A DNA stretch of 64,000 nucleotides from an uncultured Actinomycetes bacterium (GCA_963799395.1 CAWCWZ010000063.1:1607-65606), one strand, 5' to 3'; shown: positions 43,826-62,309, numbered from the stretch's first letter. A program made the numbers and translations. The notes: generated from the sequence alone by a model not told the origin.

Positions 43826-44201
43826 CATTCTCGGTTCACTCCTTGCGTCGGGTGGAACAGCTCGGCTGACGGGCGCGCCTGGGTCTGGCGGCACCCCATC
43901 GTGTCGCCCGGCGTGATCGTGCGCCGTGCGACACGGAGCGATAAGAAAGTAACGCGCCCTGGTCCGGAGAATCACCTCGCAGACGTGCTCGACCGGCGTA
44001 CCGGAGCTGTCGGCTGCGGCCCGCCCCGCTGCTCCGCTGGTGCGGAGCGTCAAGAGCCATGCGACTGGCGCAGGTAGTGTATCTCATTTTTTCCGGCCGC
44101 GTAGGTTGCGGCAGCGAATTTGCCGGTTCGGCAGCCGATTCGGCAACTGTCGCGCGCCGCGGCGCAGGAAACCGGCCGCTCGTGGGCTGGCGGTCTGTCT
44201 T

Positions 44202-45398
44202 TTAGCCGTCCGGCGGGAGCCCGGCGGAGCCGGGCTCCCGCCGGACGGCCGGGTCGTGGTCGGCCGCCGTCGGATCGACGGCGCCGATCTTCCAGCCTTC
44301 GAACCGCACGCGCGGGCGGAAGAACAGCCAGGATTCGCGAGCCAGCGGGATGAGCGGCACGGCGATGAACATGCCGACGATGCCGTGGAGCTGGTTGCCG
44401 ATCAGGACGGCGAACATGACGACCAGCGGATGCACCCGAAAGCGCGTGCCCATGATGAGCGGCGCGGCGATGTGCCCCTCGACCTCCTGGATGCCGACGT
44501 AGGCGAGGACCACCCACAGCGCGGTGACCGGCGAGTGCAGGAGCGCGACGATGACCGGCGGCACGGCGCCGAGCACCGGACCGAGGTAGGGGATGATCTC
44601 CGTGATGCCGGCCCACACGCCGAACGCCACGGCGTACTTCTCGCCCGACGGGAACACGCCGGTCATGCCCAGGACCCACATCGTGAGGCCGGTGCCGGCG
44701 CCGATCGCCGCCGACAGCAGGAGCTGGGCTTCGAGGTATTTGACGACCGCGCTCTGGGCGAGGGAGCAGAACGCGCGCCCGTCGTCGGCCGAACCGGTGG
44801 GGAAGTGCTCGGCGATGAACCGGCCGATGCGCCGCGCGTCGAGCAGCATGTAGATCGAGATGACGACGATGATCACGGTCACGGTGATGGTCCTCGCCAC
44901 CGAGACGCCGAGGCCGAGCAGGCTGCGCGAAGCGCCCAGGAGGTAGGTCGCGACCGACTTGGCGGCGCTCTGGAGATCGTTCGAGACGTTGATGCGCAGG
45001 TGCAGCCGGTCGGCGAGGCCCTGGAGTCCGTGCACGCCGGCGCGCGCGTGTTGGGCCATGCCCGGCAGCGCGTCCAGCAGAGCGCGGATCTGGTGCACGA
45101 GGGTCGGGATGATCAGGGCGATGGCGCCGCCCACGAGGCCGATGCCGACCAGATAGACGAGCGCCACCGCGAGCGGTCGCGGCACCTTCACCCGTTGCAG
45201 TCCGCGTACGAAGGGGTTGAGCACGAGGGCGAGCAGGGTGGCGACGATGAAGATGAACACCGCCTCGCCGATCAGCCCGAGCAGCAGCCAGGCGATGACC
45301 ACGAGCGCGGGCAGCACGCCGAGCTGCACCCAGCGCGGCACGGTGATCGTGCCCGTCGCGGCCTCCTGCGAGCGTGGCCCCCTGGCGTCCTCGGTCAT
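44202..45398 (-). CDS. AI-2E family transporter (PerM/YhhT, DUF20)
   Basis: Only the 3' 1.2 kb of the 2.7 kb ORF 44202..46874 is protein-like (MTEDARG…, 8 TM helices, …[17 protein letters not shown]…). The rest of that ORF is antisense to dnaK. Confidence 0.7.
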   Translation of the reverse strand: MTEDARGPRSQEAATGTITVPRWVQLGVLPALVVIAWLLLGLIGEAVFIFIVATLLALVLNPFVRGLQRVKVPRPLAVALVYLVGIGLVGGAIALIIPTLVHQIRALLDALPGMAQHARAGVHGLQGLADRLHLRINVSNDLQSAAKSVATYLLGASRSLLGLGVSVARTITVTVIIVVISIYMLLDARRIGRFIAEHFPTGSADDGRAFCSLAQSAVVKYLEAQLLLSAAIGAGTGLTMWVLGMTGVFPSGEKYAVAFGVWAGITEIIPYLGPVLGAVPPVIVALLHSPVTALWVVLAYVGIQEVEGHIAAPLIMGTRFRVHPLVVMFAVLIGNQLHGIVGMFIAVPLIPLARESWLFFRPRVRFEGWKIGAVDPTAADHDPAVRREPGSAGLPPDG

Positions 45399-45480
45399 GG
45401 TCACCCGATTATAGCCGTCGGGAACGTCGCCGGCCGAGGCCGATGCCGCGGTTTGGCGCCGGTCGGCTCTCGGCAATAAC

Positions 45481-45509
45481 TTGACAAGACTCGACTCATA
45501 TTTTATGGT
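45481..45509 (+). promoter_or_regulatory. dnaK promoter (-35 TTGACA, 17 nt spacer, -10 TATGGT) within an AT-rich island, overlapping a degenerate HspR-type inverted repeat
   Basis: CTTGACA-AGACTCG-ACTCATA loosely matches the HAIR consensus CTTGAGT-N7-ACTCAAG. A second ACTCAT half-site lies 24 nt downstream. An AAGGAGG ribosome-binding site precedes the ATG. Confidence 0.4.
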
Positions 45510-45554
45510 TGGTCGAAACTCATTGTGTCGGAAGAACGCCAAGGAGGCACTCGC

Positions 45555-47463
<1,909 letters not shown>

Positions 47464-47572
47464 CGGCGCGCGCCGCGTGACGCGCGACTAAAAGGGAAGA
47501 ACACAGACCAGGGTCGACTGCCGCCGGGCCACGGGGGCCCGGCGGGCGAGACCAGAAAGGAGCGACGGCACA

Positions 47573-48031
47573 ATGGCTATCATCAGATGGGACCCCTTCC
47601 GCGAGATGACGAGCCTGCAAAGTCAGGTGAACCGCCTCGCGGACTCGCTGTGGTCGGGGCGTCAAGAAAGCTGGGTACCGGCGGTCGACGTGTTCGACAC
47701 CCAGGACGCCGTCGTGCTCAAGGCCGAGCTGCCGGGCATGAAGGTCGACGACATCCAGATCGAAGTCGACGACAACGTCCTCACCCTCAAGGGCGAGCGC
47801 ACCTTCGAGGAGAAGCTCGACGACGAGCGTTACTACCGCGTGGAGCGGCGCTACGGCTCGTTCCAGCGCAGCCTCGCCCTGCCGCAGGGCGTGAAGGCCG
47901 ACGAGATCCAGGCCACTTACGAGGACGGCGTGCTCCAGGTCACCGTGCCCAAGGCGGAGGCCGAAAAGCCCAGGCGCATCGAGGTCAAGGCGGCGCAGAA
48001 GACGGTCGAGACCACGGTCGCCGCGTCCTGA
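47573..48031 (+). CDS. Hsp20/alpha-crystallin family small heat-shock protein
   Basis: 152 aa alpha-crystallin domain (…PAVDVFDTQDAVVLKAELPGMKVDDIQIEVDDNVLTLKGER…GVLQVTVPK…). It is inserted between dnaK and grpE. Confidence 0.85.
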   Translation: MAIIRWDPFREMTSLQSQVNRLADSLWSGRQESWVPAVDVFDTQDAVVLKAELPGMKVDDIQIEVDDNVLTLKGERTFEEKLDDERYYRVERRYGSFQRSLALPQGVKADEIQATYEDGVLQVTVPKAEAEKPRRIEVKAAQKTVETTVAAS

Positions 48032-48089
48032 CGAGGCAGCCGACCTGGCGGCAAGAGATCCGGCGACCACGACAGAGAGCGATCAGAGC

Positions 48090-48800
48090 ATGACGACACC
48101 CCACGACAAGAAGGACCGGCGCACCCAGACCAGGCGCGGCCACGGGGCCGGCGCCTCCGGTCGGGCGACCGGCGCCAAGGCCGCCGACGCCGCGGCCCCG
48201 GCCGCCGCGGCCGCCGAGGCCGCCGACGCCGCCGCCCCGGCCGCCGAGGCTGCCGACGTCGCCCCGGGCCCCGAGGCCGTCGATGCCGCCACAGAGGCCG
48301 CGTCCGCGCCGGGTCTCGCCGCCGCCGAGCCCAAAGCCGCCCGCCGGCCCGACGACGAGCTGCGCGCGGCGCTTGCCGAACGCGACCAGTACCTCGACCA
48401 TCTGCAGCGCCTCAAGGCCGAGTTCGAGAACTACCGCAAGCGCGTCCAGCGCGACAACGAAGCCCTCGTGCTGCGCGCCGGCGAGGGCGTGATCGAGTCG
48501 CTGCTGCCGGTCGTCGACAACATGCAGCGCGCCCTCGAGTCGGCCGAGAAGCACGAAGAAGGGCAACTGATCAAGGGCGTGGAGCTCGTGGCCGGGCAGT
48601 TGCGCTCGGTGCTCGAAGGCCACGGCCTCGACCGGGTCGAGGCCGAGCCCGGCCTGCCCTTCGACCCCAACGTCCACGAGGCGGTCGTGGCCCAGGCCTC
48701 GGCCGACTACCCCGAGGGCATGATCACCGTTGTGCTCGAGCCCGGCTACCTGCTGCACGGCAGGCTGCTGCGGCCCGCCCGGGTGATCGTGGCGAGCTAG
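48090..48800 (+). CDS. grpE: nucleotide exchange factor GrpE
   Basis: Ala-rich N-terminus followed by the GrpE core (…LQRLKAEFENYRKRVQRD… and …DPNVHEAV…). Confidence 0.85.
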   Translation: MTTPHDKKDRRTQTRRGHGAGASGRATGAKAADAAAPAAAAAEAADAAAPAAEAADVAPGPEAVDAATEAASAPGLAAAEPKAARRPDDELRAALAERDQYLDHLQRLKAEFENYRKRVQRDNEALVLRAGEGVIESLLPVVDNMQRALESAEKHEEGQLIKGVELVAGQLRSVLEGHGLDRVEAEPGLPFDPNVHEAVVAQASADYPEGMITVVLEPGYLLHGRLLRPARVIVAS

Positions 48801-48803
48801 CCG

Positions 48804-49931
48804 ATGGCCGACTTCTACCAGACCCTGGGCGTGCCCCGCGACGCGTCGCAGGACGAGATCCGCAAGTCGTTCCGCAAGCTCGCCCGCAAGTACCACCCCG
48901 ACACCAACGCGGGCGACAAGGGAGCCGAAGAGAAGTTCAAAGAGGCCAACGAGGCCTACGAGACCCTCTCCGACCCCGACAAGCGCAAGCACTACGACGA
49001 GATGTTGCGCCTCGGCGCCTTCGACCCGCGTACGGGCCGGCCGGGCCAGGGCGGTTTTCAGGGCTTCGACCCGAGCATGTTCCAGCAGGGCGGCCAGACC
49101 TTCCAGATGGGCGACTTCGGCGACATCCTGGCGAACCTCTTCGGCGGCGCCGGGCAGCAGGGCCGCCGCGGCGGCGGCCGCGCCGCCCAGCGCGGCGCCG
49201 ACCTGCAGGCCGACGTCACGATCTCGTTCGACGAGTCGCTGGGCGGCGCCTCGGTGCGCGTGCCGGTCGAGACCAACGGGCCGTGTCCGACCTGTCACGG
49301 GTCGGGCGCGGCGCCGGGCACCACGCCGGCGATCTGTCCGGAGTGCCACGGGCGCGGCGTCATGGCCCAGAACCAGGGGCCGTTCGCCATCTCGGTGCCC
49401 TGCCCGCGCTGCCGCGGCAACGGCACCGTGATCGACTCTCCCTGCCCGACCTGCCACGGCGGCGGCGCGACCCGCCAGACCCGGCGCTACGCGGTCAAGA
49501 TCCCGGGCGGCGTCAAGGAGGGCACGAAGATCCGCCTCAAGGGCAAGGGCGAAGGCGGCGCCGGCGGCGCCCCGGGCGACCTCTATGTCGTCGTGCACGT
49601 CGAAGACTCGGACCTGTTCGATCGCCGCGGTGACGACCTCGTGATCGAGGTGCCGGTGACCATGGCCGAAGCCATGCTCGGCGCCACGGTGCGCGTGCCT
49701 ACTCCGGGCGGCGGCAAGGTGTCGCTCAAGGTGCCGGCCGGCAGCTCCGACGGACGGACGCTGCGCCTGCGCGGCAAGGGCGCCCCCCGCCTCAAGGGCG
49801 GCGGCAACGGCGACCTGCTGGCGCGCGTGCGTCTGGCGGTGCCGACCAAGCTGACCAAGGAGCAGAAGAAGCTCGCCGAGGAACTCGGCAAAACGGAGCC
49901 CGACCCGCGCGCGGCGCGCTTCGGGATGTGA
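48804..49931 (+). CDS. dnaJ: chaperone DnaJ (J domain, G/F region, four CxxCxG zinc-finger repeats, C-terminal domains)
   Basis: [10 protein letters not shown]…KYHPDTN…, then [24 protein letters not shown] and CPTCHGGG. Confidence 0.9.
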   Translation: MADFYQTLGVPRDASQDEIRKSFRKLARKYHPDTNAGDKGAEEKFKEANEAYETLSDPDKRKHYDEMLRLGAFDPRTGRPGQGGFQGFDPSMFQQGGQTFQMGDFGDILANLFGGAGQQGRRGGGRAAQRGADLQADVTISFDESLGGASVRVPVETNGPCPTCHGSGAAPGTTPAICPECHGRGVMAQNQGPFAISVPCPRCRGNGTVIDSPCPTCHGGGATRQTRRYAVKIPGGVKEGTKIRLKGKGEGGAGGAPGDLYVVVHVEDSDLFDRRGDDLVIEVPVTMAEAMLGATVRVPTPGGGKVSLKVPAGSSDGRTLRLRGKGAPRLKGGGNGDLLARVRLAVPTKLTKEQKKLAEELGKTEPDPRAARFGM

Positions 49932-49970
49932 CTGATGAAGGACTGAGAAAGGTTCGGGCGGTGATACGCC

Positions 49971-50378
49971 ATGGTCCCAGGCGATGACCCCACAAGGCCG
50001 CTGTTCATGATCTCGATCGCGGCCGAGCTGGCCGCGATGCACCCGCAGACGCTGCGGCTCTACGAGCGTCGCGGGCTCCTGCAGCCGCGGCGCTCGGCCA
50101 AGAACACGCGCCTGTACTCACGAGCCGACGTCGACCGGCTGCAGCGTATCCAGGAGCTGACCGAGCTCGGTCTCAACCTGGCCGGCGTCGAGCGCGTGCT
50201 GGCGCTCGAAGGCCAGATGGCGGTCATGCGCGAGCAGATGGAGCGGCTCCAGGCCGAGCTCGACCGCGCCGCCGACGACCTGCGCGACCAGGTGCGCGAA
50301 GTCGAACGGTCGATGCGCCACGACCTGGTGCCGGTCAGCCACATGGCGGTCGTGCGCATCGGCAAGCGCCGCCGCTGA
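49971..50378 (+). CDS. hspR: MerR-family heat-shock repressor HspR
   Basis: MerR helix-turn-helix (…ISIAAELAAMHPQTLRLYERRGLLQPRR…), then a coiled-coil. Placed between dnaJ and clpB as in actinobacterial hsp operons. Confidence 0.8.
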   Translation: MVPGDDPTRPLFMISIAAELAAMHPQTLRLYERRGLLQPRRSAKNTRLYSRADVDRLQRIQELTELGLNLAGVERVLALEGQMAVMREQMERLQAELDRAADDLRDQVREVERSMRHDLVPVSHMAVVRIGKRRR

Positions 50379-50426
50379 CATGGCCGCCGACAATGCGAAG
50401 ACGACGAACCCACAGAGGATGAAGAC

Positions 50427-52859
<2,433 letters not shown>

Positions 52860-52940
52860 GGGAACGGCGGGGCGCGGGCCGCGCCCGGGGCCGCCCCCAG
52901 GGCGTTGCCCGCGCCTTTCGCTTTGGCCTATAGTGGCTGC

Positions 52941-53138
52941 ATGGCACGAATGCGCACCCTGTTCTTCGGCAGCATCCTGGGAGGCGCCGTGAGCGCCGTC
53001 CTGGCCCGCCGTCTCGCCGACCTGCGCTACCGGCGGCTGCTCGCCGCGCGCCACGGTCGCGCCCTGGCGGCCTTCGGCGGCGCACCGTGCACTCAAGAAT
53101 CCTGCGCCACGGGCGACAAAGAGACTGTAGAGGAATGA
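52941..53138 (+). CDS. possible small (65 aa) membrane peptide expressed from a leaderless transcript
   Basis: Internal ATG of ORF 52905..53138 (MARMRTLFFGSILGGAVSAVLARRL…). A TATAGT -10 hexamer lies 6 nt upstream of this ATG. One hydrophobic helix. Low confidence. Confidence 0.3.
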   Translation: MARMRTLFFGSILGGAVSAVLARRLADLRYRRLLAARHGRALAAFGGAPCTQESCATGDKETVEE

Positions 53139-53211
53139 CCGACGGTGGCCGCCGGCGAAGTCGCCGGTAAGCGCGGCCGCCCAGATCCGCCCGAAGGCTG
53201 AGGAGCGCGCC

Positions 53212-54366
53212 GTGGATTTCTTTCTGTATCAAGAGGAGAAGAGTGTGGACGACGAGCCGGTGATCGTGCGAACGGGTGATCTCGAGCACGAGTTCAAGGT
53301 CGAGATCGGGTTCCTCGAACGCGAGGTCGTGGCCTACAGCGGCGCCCTCAAGATCGTGGGCTACGCTCACTTCGGCGAGGGCGGGCGCACGTCGTCGCGG
53401 CGCTCGTCCGACCACCTGCGCCGCCTGAACGACCCCAAGCTGACGCTGTCGCGGGCGAGTATCTACAATGCGGTCAGCGGCGAGCTGATCGAAACGGCGC
53501 CCTTCGTCGTGATCAACCTCGACCGGGTCGACGTCGTCTACGCGCGCGACATCCCCGACGACGCCGAGGGCGCGTCCGACGCGGCGCCGGCCGACGCGGC
53601 GCCGGCCGACGCGGCGCCGCGGGGGCGCCGACGCGGGGCCGGCCGGCCGGTAGCCGGCGGGGGAGCAATGTACTCGGTCGACGTCCTGCTGCCCACGGCG
53701 CGCTTTGCCTTCTGGGTCGACGGCGGGCGGGTCGAGGTCGTGCCCGAGCATCGCTCGCCCGAGGGCTACGTCCTCTACGAAGAGGTCGCGGCCGAGCACC
53801 CGGTGGTCGGCATGACGACCTTTCCCAACACGGTGCTGCTGCGCGGCCCCAAAACGATCCTGGTCGACCCCGGCATGCACCTGCAAAACCAGCCGGTCGT
53901 CAAGGCGCTCGCGGCCCGCGGCCTGGGCGTCGACGACCTCGACTTCATCGCCCTCACCCATGCCCACCTCGACCACGCCGGCGCCTGCGCCGACGTGCCG
54001 GGGCCGGTCGTCGTCCACGAGCTCGAGCTCGACGACCCCGACCGGCCGATGGTGGCCGGGCTCCTGCCCCTCGAGCGCCTGCGCCTCTTGTCGGGCGACG
54101 AGGGCGAGCTCACCGCCGGCATCACCTGGGTACGCACGCCGGGCCACACCGAGGGCGGCGTGTGCTTCAGGGTCGAGACCGCCGACGGCCTCGTGGTGCT
54201 GACCGGCGACACCATCGGGCCGCTGCGCGACGACTACGAGCGGGTCGTCGCCGGCGTCGACTCGGGCCCCGACCCGACCCTGGCGGCCTCCTGGCGAGCG
54301 ATCGCGTCGTGGGGCGCGGCGCTGCTCATCGCCGGGCACGTGCCGCCCTTCGCCCCCCGACCCTGA
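53212..54366 (+). CDS. MBL-fold metallo-hydrolase with an N-terminal domain of unknown function (about 120 aa)
   Basis: GTG start preceded by GAGGAG. The N-terminal domain (MDFFLYQEEKSVDDEPVIVRTGDLEHEFKVEIGFLEREVVAYSGALKIVGYAHF…) has locally lower GC. Then an AAPADAAPADAAP linker and a metallo-beta-lactamase fold (…LTHAHLDHAG…TPGHTEGG…). Confidence 0.6.
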   Translation: MDFFLYQEEKSVDDEPVIVRTGDLEHEFKVEIGFLEREVVAYSGALKIVGYAHFGEGGRTSSRRSSDHLRRLNDPKLTLSRASIYNAVSGELIETAPFVVINLDRVDVVYARDIPDDAEGASDAAPADAAPADAAPRGRRRGAGRPVAGGGAMYSVDVLLPTARFAFWVDGGRVEVVPEHRSPEGYVLYEEVAAEHPVVGMTTFPNTVLLRGPKTILVDPGMHLQNQPVVKALAARGLGVDDLDFIALTHAHLDHAGACADVPGPVVVHELELDDPDRPMVAGLLPLERLRLLSGDEGELTAGITWVRTPGHTEGGVCFRVETADGLVVLTGDTIGPLRDDYERVVAGVDSGPDPTLAASWRAIASWGAALLIAGHVPPFAPRP

Positions 54367-54451
54367 CCCGACGCGGACGCGCGAGCCGACCGCCGGACGG
54401 CCCTGTGCTAGACTGAAACGCCGAGCCCAGACGAAGCCCAGGAGCAGGCCC

Positions 54452-54838
54452 TTGCCGATCTACGAGTACCGCTGCGACGCGTGCGGCCACACGCTCGAGG
54501 TCTTTCAGAAGTTCTCAGACGAGCCCCTCGAGACCTGCGAGGTCTGCGGCGGCCACCTCGCCAAGGTCCTGCACCCGGTCGCCATCCACTTCAAGGGCTC
54601 GGGCTTCTACACCACCGACTACGGTCGCGGGTCGAGCAAGGCCCGCGCCGCCGACGCCGGGGCCAAGGCCGACGCCGACGCCAAGGGCGACGGCACGTCC
54701 GGCGCCGAGGCCAAGAAGGCCGCCGAGCCCACGGCCAAGGCGGCGGGCAACGGCGATGGCGGAACGACAGGCAAGGCGGCGGGCGGCGGCGGCGAAGCCG
54801 CCGCCGCCCGCCGCTCGACCACCGACAAGGCCGGCTAG
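54452..54838 (+). CDS. FmdB-family zinc-ribbon protein with Ala/Lys-rich tail
   Basis: MPIYEYRCDACGHTLEV…CEVCGG (CxxC…CxxC), then a low-complexity KA-rich C-terminus. Confidence 0.7.
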   Translation: MPIYEYRCDACGHTLEVFQKFSDEPLETCEVCGGHLAKVLHPVAIHFKGSGFYTTDYGRGSSKARAADAGAKADADAKGDGTSGAEAKKAAEPTAKAAGNGDGGTTGKAAGGGGEAAAARRSTTDKAG

Positions 54839-54862
54839 GCCGGCCGCGGGGCGGGGGAGTCC

Positions 54863-56209
54863 ATGCCGGCGCACGACGACGAGGGCGTGATCGACAAGCG
54901 CGCGACCGAGCGCATCGCCCAGCAGGCGCGCGCCAACCTGCGCAACCTGGTGAGCGACGACACGCTCGCCCTGCCGTCGCTGCGAATGATCGCCGACGGC
55001 ATCCGCCTCGAGCTCGAGAAGCGCGGCGAGGTGGCCATCCTCTACGTCGGCCTCAAGCGCTACGGCCGTCTCGAGCGAGTGTTCGGCTGGCAGGTCACGT
55101 CCGACGTGCTCGACGCCTGCTCGAGCATCCTCCAGGAGATGGTGGGCACCTCGCTGCGCCGGCTCGACGTGCTGGCCGACTTCACGCTGTCCGACAACGC
55201 CTTCATCGTCGTGCTCTCGCCGCCGCGGCGGGCCAAGGAGATCGCCCGCGACGACCTCACGGCCATCAGCCGCCGCGTCTACGAACGTCTGCAGTCGATG
55301 CTCCTGAACGACCTCGCGCCGGGCGTCTTCGACCGCGTCCACCCGTTCGTCACGGTCGCCGTGCTGCAGGCCGGCGCCGAGCTCACCTTCGAGCAGTCGC
55401 TGCAGAACGGCGTCGCGGCGGCCATGCAGGCCGCCGAGCGCGAGTGGCTGATCTACGACGACGAGCTCGAGCGCACCCTGGCCGACGCCGTCGCCAACCA
55501 CAGCCTCGAACCGCTGTTCGACGCCATCGTCGACGTCGCCGAGCGCAAAGTGCTCGGCTACCACACCGCCATCCGCGGGCCGTTCTACTCGCCGCTGCGC
55601 CTGCCCGACGTGCTCGACGAGGTCGCGCGGCGCTCGCCGCTGCTGTCGAGCTACGGCATAGAGACGCGCGAGCTCGCGGTCACCAAGGCCGTCGGTCTGG
55701 GCCCCGAGGAGCTGCTCGTGCTTTCCTGCGAGTCGGTCGAGCTGCCCGGCGCGGCGGTGCTCGCCCTGAGCGAGTTCTACTCGTTGAACAAGGCGCTCGT
55801 GCCCCAGCACGTGGTGTTCGAGGTGCAGGTCGCCGACCTCGCCGCCAACGCCGCTTCGGCGCTGCGCGTGCTCGGGCCGGTGCACGAGATGGGCTTCCCC
55901 GTCTGCGTGGCCGGCGTCGGCAGCGGTCTCACGGCGTTCGACCTGATCATCCGGGCGCAGCCCGACTACCTGGCCCTCGACCCGGTGATCAGCGTGGGCG
56001 CCACCGACGATCCCACCTCCATGGACATCGTCCAGCTCCTGCTGCGCTTCGCCGCCCGCATCGACGCCCGCCTGATCGCCCCCGAAGTGGGGAGCGTCGG
56101 CCAGATGAAGGCCCTGCGGCGCGTGGGGGTCGAGCTCATGAGCGGCGACGTCTTCACCCGGCCCGACACGCGGCTGCCCAAGGTGGGGGTCTCGAAGCTG
56201 CCGGTCTGA
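54863..56209 (+). CDS. degenerate GGDEF-EAL tandem-domain protein (predicted catalytically inactive c-di-GMP-related protein)
   Basis: Preceded by GGGGAG. The GGDEF-like N-terminus lacks the GG(D/E)EF motif. The EAL-like C-terminus has degenerate signature positions (…VCVAGVGSGLTAFDLI… in place of DDFGTG; …APEVGSVGQ… in place of EGVE). Confidence 0.5.
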   Translation: MPAHDDEGVIDKRATERIAQQARANLRNLVSDDTLALPSLRMIADGIRLELEKRGEVAILYVGLKRYGRLERVFGWQVTSDVLDACSSILQEMVGTSLRRLDVLADFTLSDNAFIVVLSPPRRAKEIARDDLTAISRRVYERLQSMLLNDLAPGVFDRVHPFVTVAVLQAGAELTFEQSLQNGVAAAMQAAEREWLIYDDELERTLADAVANHSLEPLFDAIVDVAERKVLGYHTAIRGPFYSPLRLPDVLDEVARRSPLLSSYGIETRELAVTKAVGLGPEELLVLSCESVELPGAAVLALSEFYSLNKALVPQHVVFEVQVADLAANAASALRVLGPVHEMGFPVCVAGVGSGLTAFDLIIRAQPDYLALDPVISVGATDDPTSMDIVQLLLRFAARIDARLIAPEVGSVGQMKALRRVGVELMSGDVFTRPDTRLPKVGVSKLPV

Positions 56210-56222
56210 AGCCGGTCCGTAG

Positions 56223-60999
<4,777 letters not shown>

Positions 61000-61090
61000 C
61001 CCCGCTTAAGGCGCACTTAACACGCACTTAATCAGCAGCGGCGATACTACTTGTCGACCCCCCTCAAGGGCACCCCCAAGCCCTGACAGC

Positions 61091-61126
61091 GAGCCCCGCC
61101 CCCCGCGGGGCTCGTTGCGTTTGTGG
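61091..61126 (+). terminator. putative intrinsic terminator downstream of ligA
   Basis: GAGCCCCGC-ccccc-GCGGGGCTC perfect 9 bp stem, followed by GTTGCGTTTGTGG (U-rich). Confidence 0.4.
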
Positions 61127-61261
61127 GGTCGTTTCCCCACCGAAAGCCAGGCGACCACAAGGACGTGCCTCGCGAGGCCTGGCGGAAGGTCGAGTTCCCC
61201 AACGGCCGCCCCGACCCCGCCGTAGGCGCGTCTGCCGTGCGGGCGATAGACTACGCCGTAG

Positions 61262-61337
61262 GCCGGTGTAGCTCAGTTGGTAGAGCAGCTGTCTTGTAAA
61301 CAGCAGGTCGACGGTTCGATTCCGCCCGCCGGCTCCA
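61262..61337 (+). tRNA. tRNA-Thr (anticodon TGT)
   Basis: 76 nt: GCCGGTGTAGCTCAGTTGGTAGAGCAGCTGTCTTGTAAACAGCAGGTCGACGGTTCGATTCCGCCCGCCGGCTCCA. Anticodon loop CTTGTAA. The T-stem has one A-C mismatch. The antisense translation of this region gives the classic …LLYQLSYTG… artefact in ORF 61064..61696. Confidence 0.8.
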
Positions 61338-61344
61338 CTAGTTT

Positions 61345-61540
61345 CCCTGCAGAACGGCATGTCGCCCTGGCGCGTCACGGCGCCGCGCGTCTGCTCGAGC
61401 GCCGCCCGGACCTGAAGCTCGTCGCCGTCGAGGTCGACGTCTTCCCACAGCTCACACCTGGCAAACGACAGCCGAGCCCCCGTCCGAAGCAGAAAGGCCG
61501 CCCTCTCACACGGCTCCTCACCAGCTAGCCTAGGCGCAGC
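61345..61540 (-). pseudogene. tyrosine-integrase core fragment abutting the 3' end of tRNA-Thr
   Basis: Minus-strand translation …GARLSFARCELWEDVDLDGDELQVRAALEQTRGAV… resembles the integrase catalytic-domain entry motif (…LRWEDVDL..G.L.VRR…T.GG…). There is no N-terminal domain and no catalytic RHRY region; the fragment runs directly into the tRNA. Confidence 0.35.
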
Positions 61541-61604
61541 AACGGCCTTGTGAGCGCCACCATCCGGGTAGCACCATCCAAATGCCCCAGAAGGAGGTCG
61601 CTCA

Positions 61605-62239
61605 TGCACCGCATCACCCGGCTTCGGCCGTCCCCGCCATGATCGTCGCCATCGTCGCCCTCGTGCTCGCGCTCGGCGGCACGAGCTACGCGGCAATCAC
61701 GCTGCCGGCCGGCAGCGTTGGCACCGAGCGGCTGCAGAGAGAACGCCGTGATAGGTTCCAAGGTCAAGAACGGCTCGCTGACCTTGGCCGACATCAACGC
61801 CGCCAGCCTCTCCGGCCTGGGCAGGGTCGCGATGAACCACAGCTCTACAAGCTTCTCCGCCGGCGGCACTGGCACGGTCACGACCGTCACGCTGAAGGTG
61901 CCGGCCAAGGGCTTCGTGCTGGTCAACGGCTGGGTGGACTCCGCGTATCCGAACGCTGCCGTCGGCGTGACGGTCTGGGACGACACCACTAACACCGAGT
62001 CGTATTGGGAGAACGCCAACACGGGTGCGTCGACCGAGATCTCCTCGGGTCAGACGTATGTCTTCCCGGTCAAGCCAGGGACGTCGACCTTCTCGGTGAG
62101 GATCAGCTACGACACCTCCTCGTCCGGCTTCGAAGCCTATGGGACTATCACTGCGCAGTTCATCCCGTTCGGTTCGACGGGCAGTCGCACCGTTCTCGGC
62201 CCTATGACGGAGGCACCGGCGGCCGCGCAGCAGCACTGA
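61605..62239 (+). CDS. hypothetical exported/membrane-anchored protein in a lower-GC islet, spread over three frames (shifts near 61638 and near 61742)
   Basis: AGGAGG-N6-ATG start (MHRITRLRPSP), then a signal/TM segment (…AMIVAIVALVLALGGTSYAAITLPAGSVGTE…) in ORF 61582..61992, then the remainder (…NAVIGSKVKNGSLTLADINAASL…TITAQFIPFGSTGSRTV…) in ORF 61718..62239. Codon usage and GC differ from the flanking genes. Confidence 0.45.
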
Positions 62240-62277
62240 CCGCAAGGACGTGGTCTGCGGCCGCGCAGGTACGAGAC

Positions 62278-62309
62278 GAGGCCGGCCGCCCTCAAGGGCG
62301 GCCGGCCTC
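62278..62309. terminator. bidirectional terminator-like hairpin between the islet ORF and the convergent phosphatase gene
   Basis: GAGGCCGGCCGCCC-tcaa-GGGCGGCCGGCCTC, a perfect 14 bp stem with a 4 nt loop. Confidence 0.4.

Noticed and set aside
45420-45554. CIRCE (HrcA) element upstream of dnaK
   Set aside because: I looked for TTAGCACTC-N9-GAGTGCTAA and found nothing resembling it. Only HAIR-like half-sites are present.
61064-61696. 210-codon minus-strand ORF containing LLYQLSYTGL
   Set aside because: It is mostly the antisense translation of tRNA-Thr and flanking DNA (the classic tRNA-antisense artefact). Only the short integrase-like segment upstream of the tRNA was kept, as a pseudogene fragment.
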